Part shown: positions 42,931-55,934 of the stretch, piece by piece
How positions within the stretch are numbered: the first letter of the stretch is position 1
How the letters are laid out: the number at the start of each line of letters is the position of its first letter
DNA from: Eledone cirrhosa
Lineage: Eukaryota
DNA: 64,000 nt
Reading direction: 5' to 3'
Assembly: GCA_964016885.1 (NCBI GenBank)
Contig: OZ024741.1
Coordinates: 62,620,001 to 62,684,000 of the forward strand
Notes under the pieces: generated by a model
Told to the model about the DNA's origin: nothing
Seen by the model: the letters and a program-made list of their open reading frames with translations, nothing else
Database searches by the model: none
Program-made: the position numbers and the translations under genes

Positions 42931-44171
42931 TCCGTAGAAAAACACAGAATGTAAACAATATAGGTTTAGCGCACTTGATTACGATAGAAATAAAATGTCT
43001 GTTTTTTGTTTTGTTTTTTTGTGTATTTTGTTTCCGTTTTCCTAAATGTTGTGTGTGTACAGAAGAGTCTGTGCATGTAAACAAATAAATATGCTGCGTA
43101 AGTTAAATGAAACGTACTGTAGAAGGCAGTTGTTTATTAACAGCGAAATAACGTTTTTTTTTCCTGATACTGATTCTTTATAATAAACTTTCAATAATAT
43201 TTTTTTCAAATTATTAACTTTCAGCTGCTAGTATATATATATAATTAAAAGGTGTATGTGGGTTAGAAGCGAAGTCAATGTTCAGAAATATTTTACCAAT
43301 GTAAATTGGTAAAATTGGCCGGTATAATGTCTCACACGAAATAGTGTGGTTTCTTCTCACGTGTGTGTATATGCATATGGTATATATCTGTATATAAATC
43401 TGTGTGTATATTGTTGTTTATATGTTTTGTGGAGTACTTACTGCGATCCTTAAGGAATGTAGTGATTTGTTTTATTTTTTTCCTTTTTCCCCGTTCATGT
43501 CCACACGTGGTTTGTTGGCGAAAATCAAGTCAAATTATATATACTTCGTTAAGATAATTCTATCTTGAAACTGGTACTAGTTGTCAGGGAACAGTCAAAG
43601 TAATTGTAATAATGAATATTGTAATCCATCTGACATGTGTTTAAAGGGCAGTTTTTGGTGAAAATATTATATTTTGTTTGGTCAAGACGTGGTCAAGCGA
43701 CCTTCCTTGTCGCCATTTTGGCCGGATACATGTTTTGCGCTATTTGTTCCTGCTCTGAGTTCAAATCCTCCCGAAGTCAATTTTACCTTTTATCTTTTCG
43801 AAGTCGTTAACACATTTACTTCTATACTTACCAGGGATGATTCTTCTCATATATCTCTTCCACACTTTCTCTCCCTTTCTCTGGACGAAATCAGCTGTGT
43901 TTAGCATTTGACATGGAATGAGTTCTCCCAATCTTAAAGACACGTCGCATGTCATGATGGTGCCCATGCGTTACGGATCCATACACCAATTCACATATAT
44001 GCTTACATACATACACACATACATACACACATACATATATTGGAAAAAACATTGTGAAATTATAAAACCAGGACATACATACATACATACATACATACAT
44101 ACGTACGTACATACATACATAAATATGTACGTACATACATACATACATACATACATACATACATACATACA

Positions 44172-44202
<31 letters not shown>

Positions 44203-44204
<2 letters not shown>

Positions 44205-44812
44205 GATGGCTGCCAACTCGTTTTCGAGTACGGCCACTACTTTATATCCATGTAGGAGAACCCCTACCGATGCGCTGAACGAGTGTGACTTTTTAGTCCA
44301 GCCATCGACTTGAAAACTCTGGTACAAACACTACACTTGTGACAATTATTGACACATAGTGCTTGACCCATGGTACCATGTGACGGCAAGTGCAGAGAGA
44401 TCTCCAGATATAAAGCAATTCCTGTGCTGTGAAGCTTTTATAGTGAGCAAAGGCACTGCACAAAGCCAGTCCCACTCTCTTAACCAAGATAATATTTACC
44501 AAAAAGAAGAACAAGTCAACATTATTGGATACCATCAGGCTTGCAGGTGTTATATCAGAGTTTTCCTTCTCCTAGAATTCTGCCTTGACAAAGGCTAAGG
44601 GGTCATCTCTCCCGGTGATTTTGGATGGCCATTGACTCTTAAGAGCTCCTTTGCCCTTTGGCAGGTTTTGATTTTAGTTCAGCAGGATGTCCAAAGTCAC
44701 CCTCCTCACCAAGAAACCTTGGTGGGGTTGCCAGTTTAGTCACCAACGACCCGACCATGAGACAGGTTGTACTAGGATACATGTTACCAGTAGCACCAAC
44801 TGGTGACCTGAC
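44203..44812 (-). mobile_element. Bipartite non-autonomous RTE-derived retroelement with (TATG)n tail
   Basis: RTE-like 5' UTR motif ctaggagaaggaaaactctga; 3' end encodes HKCSVCTRVFKSMAGLKSHTRSAHR* (44341-44264); copies at 47577-47942 and 60294-60808. Confidence 0.7.
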
Positions 44813-44861
44813 ATATATATATACATATATATATACATACATATATATATATTTATATATA

Positions 44862-47366
44862 CTAGCAGAAGTACCCGGCGTTGCCCGGGTGTAAGTCGAC
44901 CTTTGGTCTGTTAGAATGTGTTAAAGTTACTTCCCGCGCATCACAGGTTCAAAACTTCGAACTTCAATGGAAAAAAATAGGTTAGTAGACACAGGTGTGT
45001 AATTTATTAATTGTAGTTACACAGTGTATCGTTGAAATTGTTCTCTGCACGACTGAAGGAAGTCAAAATCGCTTGATATTGAATGTTCAGTTAATTTAAA
45101 GCAGGGTGAAAATGTCGATTACTTTCAGGGGTTTTCTTTTTTACAATTTTTGCGCTCACATGTGCAGAAGAAGAATTAAAAGGGCCTTTATCTTAACCGC
45201 GGCATAATGGCGAGTCTTTTGTGACAGTTTTCAAGAATATAGGACGTTCCTGTAAAAAGTTTTCCCATGTGTAACTTTGCCTTGTTTTTTTGCGCAAAGT
45301 CGAGCCCCGCTTCAGTTTTACTGATTTTTTTACATCAATGCGTGATCTCTGAAGTAGATTTGAGTAGCTAAAAACCTGTCCCGGTAAATTTGCTATAGGT
45401 GAAAAAAAGTTGATTAAAATTGTATCTAGGGTTATTGCCCTTTGCCACAGCCTTAAGCCTCGTCTGACGGGATGTTGGTGATTCCTCCGTCAGCGCTTGT
45501 TGGCGACGAAGGCGAACATCAGCAAGCCTTTTCGTACGTGATGTTGGTGACTCAACCAGCCGGGAAAGACGTCTATCAGCGAGTCGAGATTCGCGCTCAG
45601 CAGGTGTTTCCTAGAGAAAATTAATTAATTCTACTGGTTAGCTAAGCCAATGGCAGTGTCAATAGTAAATGAGAAAAGTCTAACATGAACAAAAGGGAAT
45701 CAAGGTAAGACAATAAATTTAATATAACTACGATTATAATGTTGTAGTTGCTTAAAAGTGGTGACAGTTAGGATAAACGCAGTACTTGCTAACATTAAGG
45801 GAGAATATTGCATAAAGGATTAATCAATTGTGAATGAACTCATACCTGAGAACGCCTAATTCGTTGTCTCAAAGCAATAGCTGTACCTTTTTTGGAGGTA
45901 AGTCTTGAACGTTTCCGTGTGGGCATAACGACGTGTAACGAAGCTGTTAGGTTAGAGAGAGGTGATTAAATACAGAGAGAGATGACACCAGATTCGTTAG
46001 CATGGTTACTGGTGAATGGAAAGATTTGGAAATATGATTACAATAACTTACCGAATTTTCCCGTCTATAAATTGCACTTAAAATAATTAAATCTAATAAA
46101 AAAAACAGCTCTGCGCTTTATACTCCGGTGAGCCTTATGTATAAATAATACAATGGTAATCAATCACGGCTCTAACAGAAGTAATAGATCTAGACTAAAA
46201 GTAAAGAAGATAGCATTTTCTGGTTGGCCTTACACGCCGTTGCGCGGACCTGATTTTAAATGATACGCCTTATATCCTGGTGAGCCTTATAGAGCGGAAA
46301 ATATCTATTGGAAAAGAATACGAATTCATGACCAAGGTGTGACAAAATAGGCGTCTATACAGCGCGTGAAACAAACTTGTCCAAAACCCTAGGATTTTTC
46401 TCGTTAAGTATCCACCCAAAAGGAACCGTTTTTTAGTTACAAAAATAACCAAAGTGTATAGTAGCTATATTTCTGACATATCATGCCAAAAAGAACAATA
46501 TATTCAAAAATGTTCTAAAGTTCATTCAATCTCTCCTTTTGACCGATATCTTAATAAGCAAGTTATCGATTTTTTATTGGCTGTCAGTGTCTATCTGCAT
46601 GCAGGTGTGCACGTGTGCGCAATTAATTTCAAATACGCTCATAACATTTAGTCGTAAGCAGAACAAAAAATGCCATTAGAGGTGGGCTAATAATGAAGAC
46701 ACAAACCCTGGTGAACTTACGTTTAAACACCCGAAAAGTTACTCACTTCCTGTGCAAAAGACTGTATTATAAATTAAGTAATTTTTTAGAATCTTTTGTT
46801 TAAAAAAGGAAAACATTGGTACGACGTAAATTTTTTTACTTGTATTGTATGTGTACAACACAACTTGGTCAACGTATTACTTAGTATTTTTTTTTTCAAA
46901 AAGCATGATTATTTAAGACTGTTTGAAAATTTACTCACAGCTTTTAGGTTCACAAAAGACACCATTAAATTTGGTTCCCTTTTCAGATAGGGATAATACT
47001 GAATTTCCACTTGAATATGAAAAATAAACTCTTTAATGGTCGGTAGTTTACTGAGACAGCTGGGAAGACATGCAGCTGGCCGTCCAATCAATAACGCACG
47101 TCCTTATATTGGCATATGAAATTTATTTTTTTTGCGCCAGATGTAACTAAGAGTTCTTGTGTTCGAATTCACATACAATTTCATTGGAATCGAAAAACAT
47201 TCTGTCATAGGGCCCGATTATCGATTTTTCGAAAATTTCAAGTAGCCTATTCCACTCCACGCGTTGAGTTTTATATATGTGTGAGGTTTCATGAAAATTG
47301 GATGAACGGTGTAGCATGCAAGTTCGGTACACTAAACAATGTCCACCTTCCCTTTATATATATAGA
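44862..47366 (-). mobile_element. Non-autonomous Helitron (2.5 kb)
   Basis: Minus strand A|TCTATATATATAAAG ... cccgggcaacgccggg hairpin-tacttctgCTAG|T; inserted between A and T, no TSD. Confidence 0.88.
45368..45926 (-). CDS. Two-exon 107-aa ORF resembling the STPR-repeat N-terminus of Helitron RepHel proteins
   Basis: Exon 45926-45846 MPTRKRSRLTSKKGTAIALRQRIRRSQ; GT-AG phase-0 intron 45845-45611; exon 45610-45368 ETPAERESRL..ESPTSRTKRL..EESPTSRQTRL..GF*. Confidence 0.65.
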
Positions 47367-47576
47367 TATATACACACATATATATACATTTATATATAAT
47401 AAAGTATATATCCCTACACGCAAAAAGCGTATAGGGACACATGTATTGTCTAACCATATGCCAATGTGGTTCAATGGCAGTTTAATAAATTAACGAGCCA
47501 GAACATATATAATCAAGTTTCAGCAAATAAGAAAAAGTTTCATAAGAAATAAAAAAAAAATACATACATACATACA

Positions 47577-47942
47577 TGGTGGCTGCCAACTCGTTTTCGA
47601 GTACGGCCACTACTTTATATTCATGTAGGAGAACCCCTACCGATGCGCTGAACGAGTGTGACTTTTTAGTCCAGCCAGCGACTTGAAAACGCTGGTACAA
47701 ACACTACACCTGTGACAAATATTGACACATAGTGCTGAGCCCATGGTACCATGTGACGACAAGTACAGAGAGATCTCCAGATATAAAGCAATGCCTGTGC
47801 CGTGAAGCTTTTATAGTGAGCAAAGGCACTGCACAAAGCCAGTCCCACTCTCTTAACCAAGATGATATTTACCAAAAAGAATAACAAGTCAACATCATTG
47901 GATACCAGCAGGGTTGCAGGTGTTATATCAGAGTTTTCCTTC
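47577..47942 (-). mobile_element. 5'-truncated copy of the bipartite RTE-derived element
   Basis: High similarity to 44205-44570. Confidence 0.85.
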
Positions 47943-48011
47943 ATACATACATACATACATACATACATACATACATACATACATACATACATACATACAT
48001 ACATACATACA

Positions 48012-48045
<34 letters not shown>

Positions 48046-48382
48046 CATACATACATACATACATACATAATTGCAAACTTTAATCAGCTATTTCTAAAAG
48101 TAGAATCCCCCGATCAATATACTTAAATAGAGTAATTCCCAAGATAATTCAACCTTTTTACTCCTACATAATTTAGAAAGAAATATTTGATCTAATAAAT
48201 GTTGATCATTTGTCGTTTGTATTATAACAACCAGCACTCGAATCCATTAGCAGAATATTTCCTACTCATTCTGTTATTTTTATATTTACGCTCAATTATC
48301 TTCATATATATATACTAAGATTAAAATAACTCCGATCCTCTGTGTATGAACTAAGATATATATAAATATATATATATATATA

Positions 48383-49259
48383 TGTAGCGATATCTGTCCA
48401 CGCCTTGAACCTTGGGTGACATCTAAGGGTCAAACTTTAGGTCACCACCCTTTTGGTGTGAACAGGTTCATCCTCTCAAGGTGGGAGACAGAAAGCGACA
48501 GGTATATAAAGCCTATATTTTCCCACCTTGCATACAGAGAGATCGGAGCACCACGATACAGACAAGCTATGTGAAAGATTCACCGCTATCTTCAGGCCGC
48601 AGAGCTCAATAGACATACAGAGCGATCAGAGCAGTATGCTATTACAAGCTATGTGAAAGATTCACCGCTACCTTCAGGCCGCAGAGCTCTACAGACATAC
48701 AGAGCGATCAGAGCAGTATGCTATTACAAGCTATGTGAAAGATTCACCGCTATCTTCAGGCCGCAGAAGTGTACAGACATACAGAGCGATCAGAGCAGTA
48801 TGCTATTACAAGCTATGTGAAAGATTCACCGCTACCTTCAGGCCGCAGAGCTCTACAGACATACAGAGCGATCAGAGCAGTATGCTATTACAAGCTATGT
48901 GAAAGATTCACCGCTATCTTCAGGCAGCAGAGGTGTACAGACATACAGAGCGATCAGAGCAGTATGCTATTACAAGCTATGTGAAAGATTCACCGCTATC
49001 TTCAGGCCGCAGAGCTCTACAGACATACAGAGCGATCAGAGCAGTACGCTATTACAAGCTATGTGAAAGATTCACCGCTTCCTTCAGGCCGCAGAGGTGT
49101 ACAGACTATTACTCTCTCAGACTACGCCAGCCTCATGAACCAACAACAAAAATAACATTGTCAACCTTCGCAACTCGTGGTTATATGTTTATTGTTCTTT
49201 TTGATTGAAGTGAAGTAAACCTTTATATATAAAATATATCGGCCATTCTTGTTATTTCA
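48383..49259 (+). mobile_element. Probable solo LTR containing a tandem array
   Basis: Starts TGTA after (TA)n; TATA-like tatataaa 48503-48510; 3' end uncertain and abutting a SINE. Confidence 0.45.
48563..49106 (+). repeat. 82-bp tandem repeat, about 6.6 copies
   Basis: caagctatgtgaaagattcaccgct recurs at 48563, 48645, 48727, 48809, 48891, 48973, 49055. Confidence 0.97.
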
Positions 49260-49269
49260 TCTAATAACT

Positions 49270-49452
49270 GTTTCTACTTTAGGCACAAGGCCAGCAATCA
49301 CCCAGTGCATTACTGGTACTTTATTTTATCGACCACGTAAGGATGAAAGGCAAAGTCAACCTCGGCGGGATTTGAACTCAGATCGTAAAGGGACGTAACT
49401 ATGCTGGAAAGCATGGCGTCCGACCCTCTACCGATACTGCCAATCCACCGCC
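49270..49452 (-). mobile_element. tRNA-derived SINE
   Basis: Same family as 4580. Confidence 0.9.
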
Positions 49453-49483
49453 AATACACCTATGTATGTATATATATATATAT

Positions 49484-49593
49484 ATTTAACGAAGGGTATT
49501 GGTAAGAAATTATTAGATGAATTAACATGGTTATTTCATCTAATAACCATGTTAATTCATCTAACAATTTCTTACCAATACCCTTCGTTAAAT
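49484..49593. repeat. Short foldback (about 50-bp arms) inside (TA)n
   Basis: atttaacgaagggtattggtaagaaatt..catggttatt / aataaccatg..aatttcttaccaatacccttcgttaaat. Confidence 0.9.
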
Positions 49594-49615
49594 ATATATA
49601 TATATACATACATAC

Positions 49616-49743
<128 letters not shown>

Positions 49744-49855
49744 TGTGCGTGTGTGCGTGTGTGTATGTGTGTATGTGTGTATGTGTGTGTATGTGTGGGG
49801 TCCTCCATCGTCTACGATGAGGTGTCAAAACAACGGAACAGCCTGCTCATGAAAT

Positions 49856-52800
49856 GACAGCAACAACTGTAGCAGTAACAACAGAAGCAACGGTAACAGC
49901 AACAATCCCAGCAACTGTAGCAGCAACAGTAGCAAAACCAGCACCACCACCACCACCCACCGCGCCAGAATTAACACCAGCGCCTATGCCACCACCCACA
50001 CCAGCATCACCAGCCCCACCACAACAAACACCAACACCATCACCATCATTAACCCGAACACCACCATAACCAACACCACAGAAATCACCAAACAGAGAAA
50101 CAGAAACAAACCCACAACAAACGCAAATAAAACAAAACAACTAAAACGATACACACCACACAGCATTAAATTTGAACAACAACCAATTATTTCACTACAT
50201 CCAACACAACACCAGCATCACAGAAAAAGACTACACAACACCGCAAAAATTCACACCACCTCCACACATACAAATCACTCGCATCACACAGAAAACGTAC
50301 ACGACACTAAAATAAAATTCCCCAAGGACATCGGAGACTTCCGACAAACACTCTCCAAGAGGATTTATAAGGACATCCTTCCGGAGGAGGACACAAGCAG
50401 TGAGAAGGATGGAGAAACCATCCTTCCTCTACGAGAAGTTAGGTAAGTGGTCTTTCCCATCTTTTTCCACTCCTTTTCAACATGAAATCACTCAGAATAG
50501 GGAGGATAAATGCGCGTGGTCTGGGGTCGTCATGGAAGTAGGTCCACCTGCTCAACGACCTCAGGTCACTAAACATAGATGTGGTGGCCATCAGCGAGAC
50601 AAGAATCTCCGAAGCACGGGCCTTTGCACCGATCTTCGGTGGCTACGATGTGTACGCATATCCCAGCCGTCCTGGACCGGGGGGTAGGAGTTGCTGTGCT
50701 TTTTCGGAGAGGTTTGGATCTCGCCATACGGGCCATCTTCCTGCATCTAGAATATAAGTTAGTGGTGCTGGACGTGACCAGCGGAGACGGGCAAGCTTTC
50801 AGGCAAGTGGCCGTCTATGCTCCGACAGGAGCATGGCGGCCTGATTTCTTCCGGCGTCTGGAGACCTTTCTTGGAACGTCCCGCTTTTTAGTGTTAGTGG
50901 GCGACTGGAACGGGATCTTAGATGCACTGGGTGGGCTTAGCGGATATGGGAGGAGGGTGTAAAAGCCTCGCAAACCTGCTCAGACGGTTTCAACTGTCTG
51001 ACAGGTACCGTCAGGATTTCCCGAATGTGCCAATGTGGACTTGGACAAACCGCATAGGGTCATCCAGATCATATCTAGATAGGGTATTTTGTAGGGAAAT
51101 AGATAGGTCTAGCATAGATGACCACATTTCAAAATAGTCGATTACACGGAACACAAATTCGTGATCTGTGAGGTTGACTTAGATAGGCTTCATAGACAGG
51201 GACCCGGCTACTGGAAGCTAAACGCCTCATTAACAGCGCGCAAGCCCTACGGAGACCGGATTAGCGGACTAGTTAAGCGGGCATTGACGGGGGCCATCGT
51301 CAACAACAAATGGTGGTTTGCTCTGAAAAGAGCGATTAGAATAGAGTCCATTAGGTTTAGTAAGGCTTTAGCAATAGAGAAAAATAGAACAGAGGGAGAA
51401 TTAGTTAGAAAATCAGACGAGGCGATTAGTAAAGGCATTGCGACCGACGTACTTGCGGTGAAATTGGTCCTTGACCAATTCTTCAATGCAAAGGACGAAG
51501 GTTGCGTTGTCAGAGCTAGGGTGCGTGCTCTTAGACACGAGAGGAAGAAAGCGGTTCAATGGGCCCGAGTGGCGGAGGCGCGTCGAGGTAACAAAGTCAC
51601 GATCCGGTCTTTGGTGGATCACGACGGGCGCATGCTACTCGATCCCAGGAAAATGTGTGAAGCTTTTCAGCGACACTCCGCTCAGCTGTTCGGGGGCAGC
51701 GGCGGGCCGGATCGAGGGATGGACTGTAGTGCTTACCTCGACGGACTGCCGCGGCTCTCGGCCACTGAGGCGGAGTATTGCGTAAATACAATAACAGCCG
51801 CTGAAGTACGGGAGGCAATGACTGGCTGCACAAGGGGTAAATCGCCTCGTTTGGATAGTCTGCCCTATGAACTTTACGTACAAATGCCAGACTTGTTCAG
51901 AGGCCTCTTGGCGGACGTCTCGTGCAACTGGCAACAGAACGGGATAATTCCCGAGCGTGTGAGCCGAGGAGAGGTGGCACTGCTGAGAAAGGATCCGAAC
52001 AAGGGGGATAACAGATCATTTCAGGCCCATAACTCTGCTAAACGCAGAGTTCAAGAGTTGGGCATAGGAGCTAGCAAAGAGGTTGGCGCTTGGCGCTTGT
52101 TGTTGGTGGTCTGGTGGGAGAGGCGTAGATATGAGCCATTCCAGACAGATCCATCCACGACAACCTCCAACTCATGCGATACACCGTGAAGAGGGTAACT
52201 AGGGAACCTGCCACGGGTGGGTCCTTGATCAATTTAGATCAGTCGATAGGGTCAAGCATCGTTATCTGGCAGCAGTCCTGGGCCCGTCATGAGAGTGAGA
52301 GTGAACGGTCACCTTTCGGACCGTTCAACATCATGCGCTCGGTCCGCCAAGGATGTCCCATCTTGTCCCTCTTGTACGTATTGACCACAATTCAGCCGCT
52401 GAAGTACAGGAGGCAATGACTGGCTGCACAAGGGTTAAATCGCCTCGTTTGGATGATCTGCCCTATGAACTTTACGTACAAATGCCAGACTTGTTCGGAG
52501 GCCTCTTGGCGAACGTCTACTGCAACTGGCAACAGAGCGGGAGAATTCCCAGCTCTGTGAGCCGAGGAGCTGTGGTGCTGCTGAGAAAGGTTCCGAACAA
52601 GGGGAAAACAGATAATTTCAGGCCCATAACTCTGCTAAACACAGAGTTCAAGATTTTGGCCAAGGTGCTAGCAAAGAGTTTGACGCTTGTCGTTGGTGGT
52701 CTGGTGGGAGAGGCGCAGAAAATGTGCCATTCCCGACAGATCCATCCACGACAACCTCCACCTCATGCGATACATCGTAGAGAGGGTAGCTTTAGATCAG

Positions 52801-54696
52801 TCGAAAGCTTTCGATAGGGTCGACCATCGTTACCTAGCGGCAGTCCTGAGGGCGGCTGGCTTTGGGCCCGTCTTCAGAGGCTGGATCGCTGCCATGCACA
52901 GCGACATCTGCTCTGTAGTGAGAGTGAACGGTCACCTTTCGGAACCGTTCGACATCATGCGCTCGGTCCGCCAAGGATGTCCCCTCTCGTCCCTATTGTA
53001 CGTATTGACTCTCGAGCCATTACTGCACAAACTGGAGACGTTGAGGGGGGTCCCGCGCGAACTAGGATGCGGAAGATCCGTGTCAGCATATGCCGACGAT
53101 GTCACCGTAATGGTGTCGAACGCCAAACACATCGAGGCGATCGGCACTACACTAAGATAATACGAAGCGGTGACAGGAGCAATGATCAACCAGGAAAAGT
53201 CAGTGGGCCTGCAGCTCGGCACCTGGAGAGGCAGGTCCATGCCGTCCAACAGCGTCGTCGGGCGCTGGACGGACGGACCGGTTAAATTGCTAGGAGTCTG
53301 GTTCGGTCCAGACCTCCAGACGGACAAAAACTGGGACGAGGTGACGAGCAGGGTGGCTTCTCTCACCCAGAAATGGGCCGAGAGGAAGCTATCCCTGAAA
53401 GGTCGAGCGGAGGTGGCGAATGCGTACATCGCGTCCGTCATCTACTACCGCCTGACCGTCGGACCTTGTCCTAAGCCCCGCCTGACTGCGCTGGAGAGTT
53501 TGCTCTTTCGCTTCTTGTGGAAGGGACGCGCTCCGATGGTCAGGCGGTCCATCTGCTGTCAACACCCGCTACGTGGAGGGCTGGGCATGCCGTGGCTGAT
53601 GATGCGCAGACACGCGCTCAGGCTACGACATCTCCACCTCTTCCTCGACGGTGATCAGGTGTGGTCGCCGTTTGCTAGACACGTTTTTCCCCAGCTCGTC
53701 TCCTTGACGGAGCTGCAGTCCTGGGTCAAGCGAAGACCGAGAGGGAGCGCTTGGAGACTGGAATGTCTTCAGGCGCTCACAGCCCTCGACCAATCGGGCA
53801 ATGTGATCGGTGGAAACTCCACCTTGGCGTTCTATAGGGGATTAGTGGAGGGGAAGAGCGACGACGTACTTGGAGAAACTCTAGGCGTCGACGAAAATCA
53901 ACTAGCCAATCTCTTTGGAAGGACTTTCGGGCCGGGGCCTATGGACAACTTCCAGAAATCCCTGGCCTGGCAGTGCTACCGAGGAGCTTTGCCAGTTCGG
54001 GATAAACTCTACAGGCATGGAGGTGCCGTCAGCCGGGCATGTCCGAGATGCGCGCAGGGCGACGAAACCGTCCTGCACGCACTCGTCCAGTGTCCGAGCA
54101 TTGATGACTTGTGGGTTTATGTCGAACACCTGCTGTCACGTGTAGGACGGATTCTATCAGCTGAGTCCATCGTGAGGATTGCCCCGCCGCCTTCCTTTAG
54201 CCGGGAAGGGCAGGCAGTTTTTATCTGTTTGGTGGCCATGGCGAAAGAGATAGTATGGTGGACACGTTTGAAAGGGCTAAAGACGAGCACTTACCTCTTA
54301 GGTGATGCCCTGATTAACTTTTTCAAATTTCATTTGAAAAGGAAAATCAGGGTAGAGAGGGAAGTGCTCTCTTCCCAGCATTTTGTTGAATGATGGGTGA
54401 GAGAAGCAAGTATGGCCCGAATGAATGGGCCTTCTCTGAGTATGTGTCTGTAAATTAAAGGTGGAAAACTGGGAGAGGGCACTTGCCCTGGTGGTCAGGG
54501 CCACTGTGGTCTTTTAATGGGCTTTCTCCACAAATGTCCCTCGGAAGTCTCCCCCCTATTGGGGAATTTTTCTTTGTTATTTTATTTCATCCTCTGTTTT
54601 TTTTACACGCAGAAATGCTCATTTGTACCGTCCGGTTTTGTCCTGTACTGTCCTTAATGTCTACTTCATGTAAACCCTTGTGGTTAACAAAGAAAA

Positions 54697-54730
<34 letters not shown>
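49856..54730 (+). mobile_element. Second Tx1-clade LINE family, 5'-truncated in ORF1, (TTA)n tail, disrupted ORF2 with internal duplication
   Basis: ORF2 from ~50482 MKSLRIGRINARG; GDWN, DQSKAFDRVDH, QGCPLS, AYADD, CPRC..ETVLHALVQC; tail 54699-54730. Confidence 0.92.
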
Positions 54731-54890
54731 ATTAGTAGCACAGATTAAAACTTTTGATATGTAACAATAATAAATATTTGATATACTTATATACATACAA
54801 CCTTTATCGCGTCCTACCTAGATTTTGGACTTTGTATTTATTATGAATTACTACTACTATATATATGTGTATGTATATATCTATGTTTAC

Positions 54891-54961
<71 letters not shown>

Positions 54962-55225
54962 AACGGAAAAAATGAAACGAAATTTCATTTCCCACTCCTA
55001 GTACGGCTGTTACTTATATATAAGTATGTACACGTACATACATATATGTATACAGACGCACAGTAGTATGTGTATATATATACATACATGCACACATATA
55101 TATATGTACGTATGGATTCACCGAACATTTATTATAATGCTCGGTGTGTTTGTAAACAAACATCCCGTATTAAGCCGTAGTGTCTAGCAACCATCGTTGC
55201 TCGTTTGTTCAACACTGACAAAGGA

Positions 55226-55268
55226 ACGCTATACTAGTTTCAAGCTTATTAGCTATCGTAAGCAACGT
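55226..55268 (-). ncRNA. Family C hammerhead, G5>U degenerate copy
   Basis: Core reads CUUACGA. Confidence 0.6.
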
Positions 55269-55688
55269 AGACCTTCCTGCCAGATTGTTGAACGTATATA
55301 CTTACCTTATGTATATTAACGGCTAAGTAGCCCAATTTGCATATCGAGTGGGTTAATCGGCCGGGTGCACCGAAAACGATAAACGGAAAAAATGAAACGA
55401 AATTTCATTCCCCACTCCTAATACGGCTGTTACTTAAATATAAGTATGTACACGTACATACATATATGTATACAGGCGCACAGTAGTATGTATATATATA
55501 TAAATGTACATACTTATATTTAAGTAACAGCCGTACTAGGAGTGGGAAATAAAATTTCGTTTCATTTTTTCCGTTTATCGTTTTCGGTGCACCCGGCCAA
55601 TTAACCCACTCGATATGCAAATTGGGCTACTCAGACTTTAATATGCATAAGATAAGTATATACGTTCAACAATCTGGCAGGAAGGTAT

Positions 55689-55731
55689 ACGTTGCTGACG
55701 ATAGCTAATAAGCTTGAAACTAGTACAGCGT
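55689..55731 (+). ncRNA. Minimal type I hammerhead (family C), intact
   Basis: ACGUUG-CUGACGA-U-AGCU-AAUA-AGCU-U-GAAAC-UA-GUA-CAGCGU; cleavage predicted after 55725. Confidence 0.82.
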
Positions 55732-55934
55732 TCCTTTGTCAGTGTTGAACAAACGAGCAACGATGGTTGCTAGACACTACGGCTTAATATGGGATGTTTG
55801 TTTACAAACACACGGAGCATTATAATAAATGTTCGGTGAATCCATACGTACATATATATATATGTGTGCATGTATGTATATATATATACATACTACTGTG
55901 CGTCTGTATACATATATGTATGTACGTATACATA

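Larger units (their letters stand above)
38781..43232 (-). mobile_element. Apparently full-length CR1-clade LINE between short (TA)n tracts
   Basis: 5' UTR, PHD-type ORF1, APE plus RT ORF2, 3' UTR. Confidence 0.88.

Noticed and set aside
44293-44535. 80-aa ORF conserved with 47666-47910
   Set aside because: Conservation is explained by two similar repeat copies; the third copy does not keep it
48563-49106. CRISPR-like array or hammerhead satellite
   Set aside because: No unique spacers and a eukaryotic context; the minus strand has CUGAAGA but no properly placed GAAA/stem III
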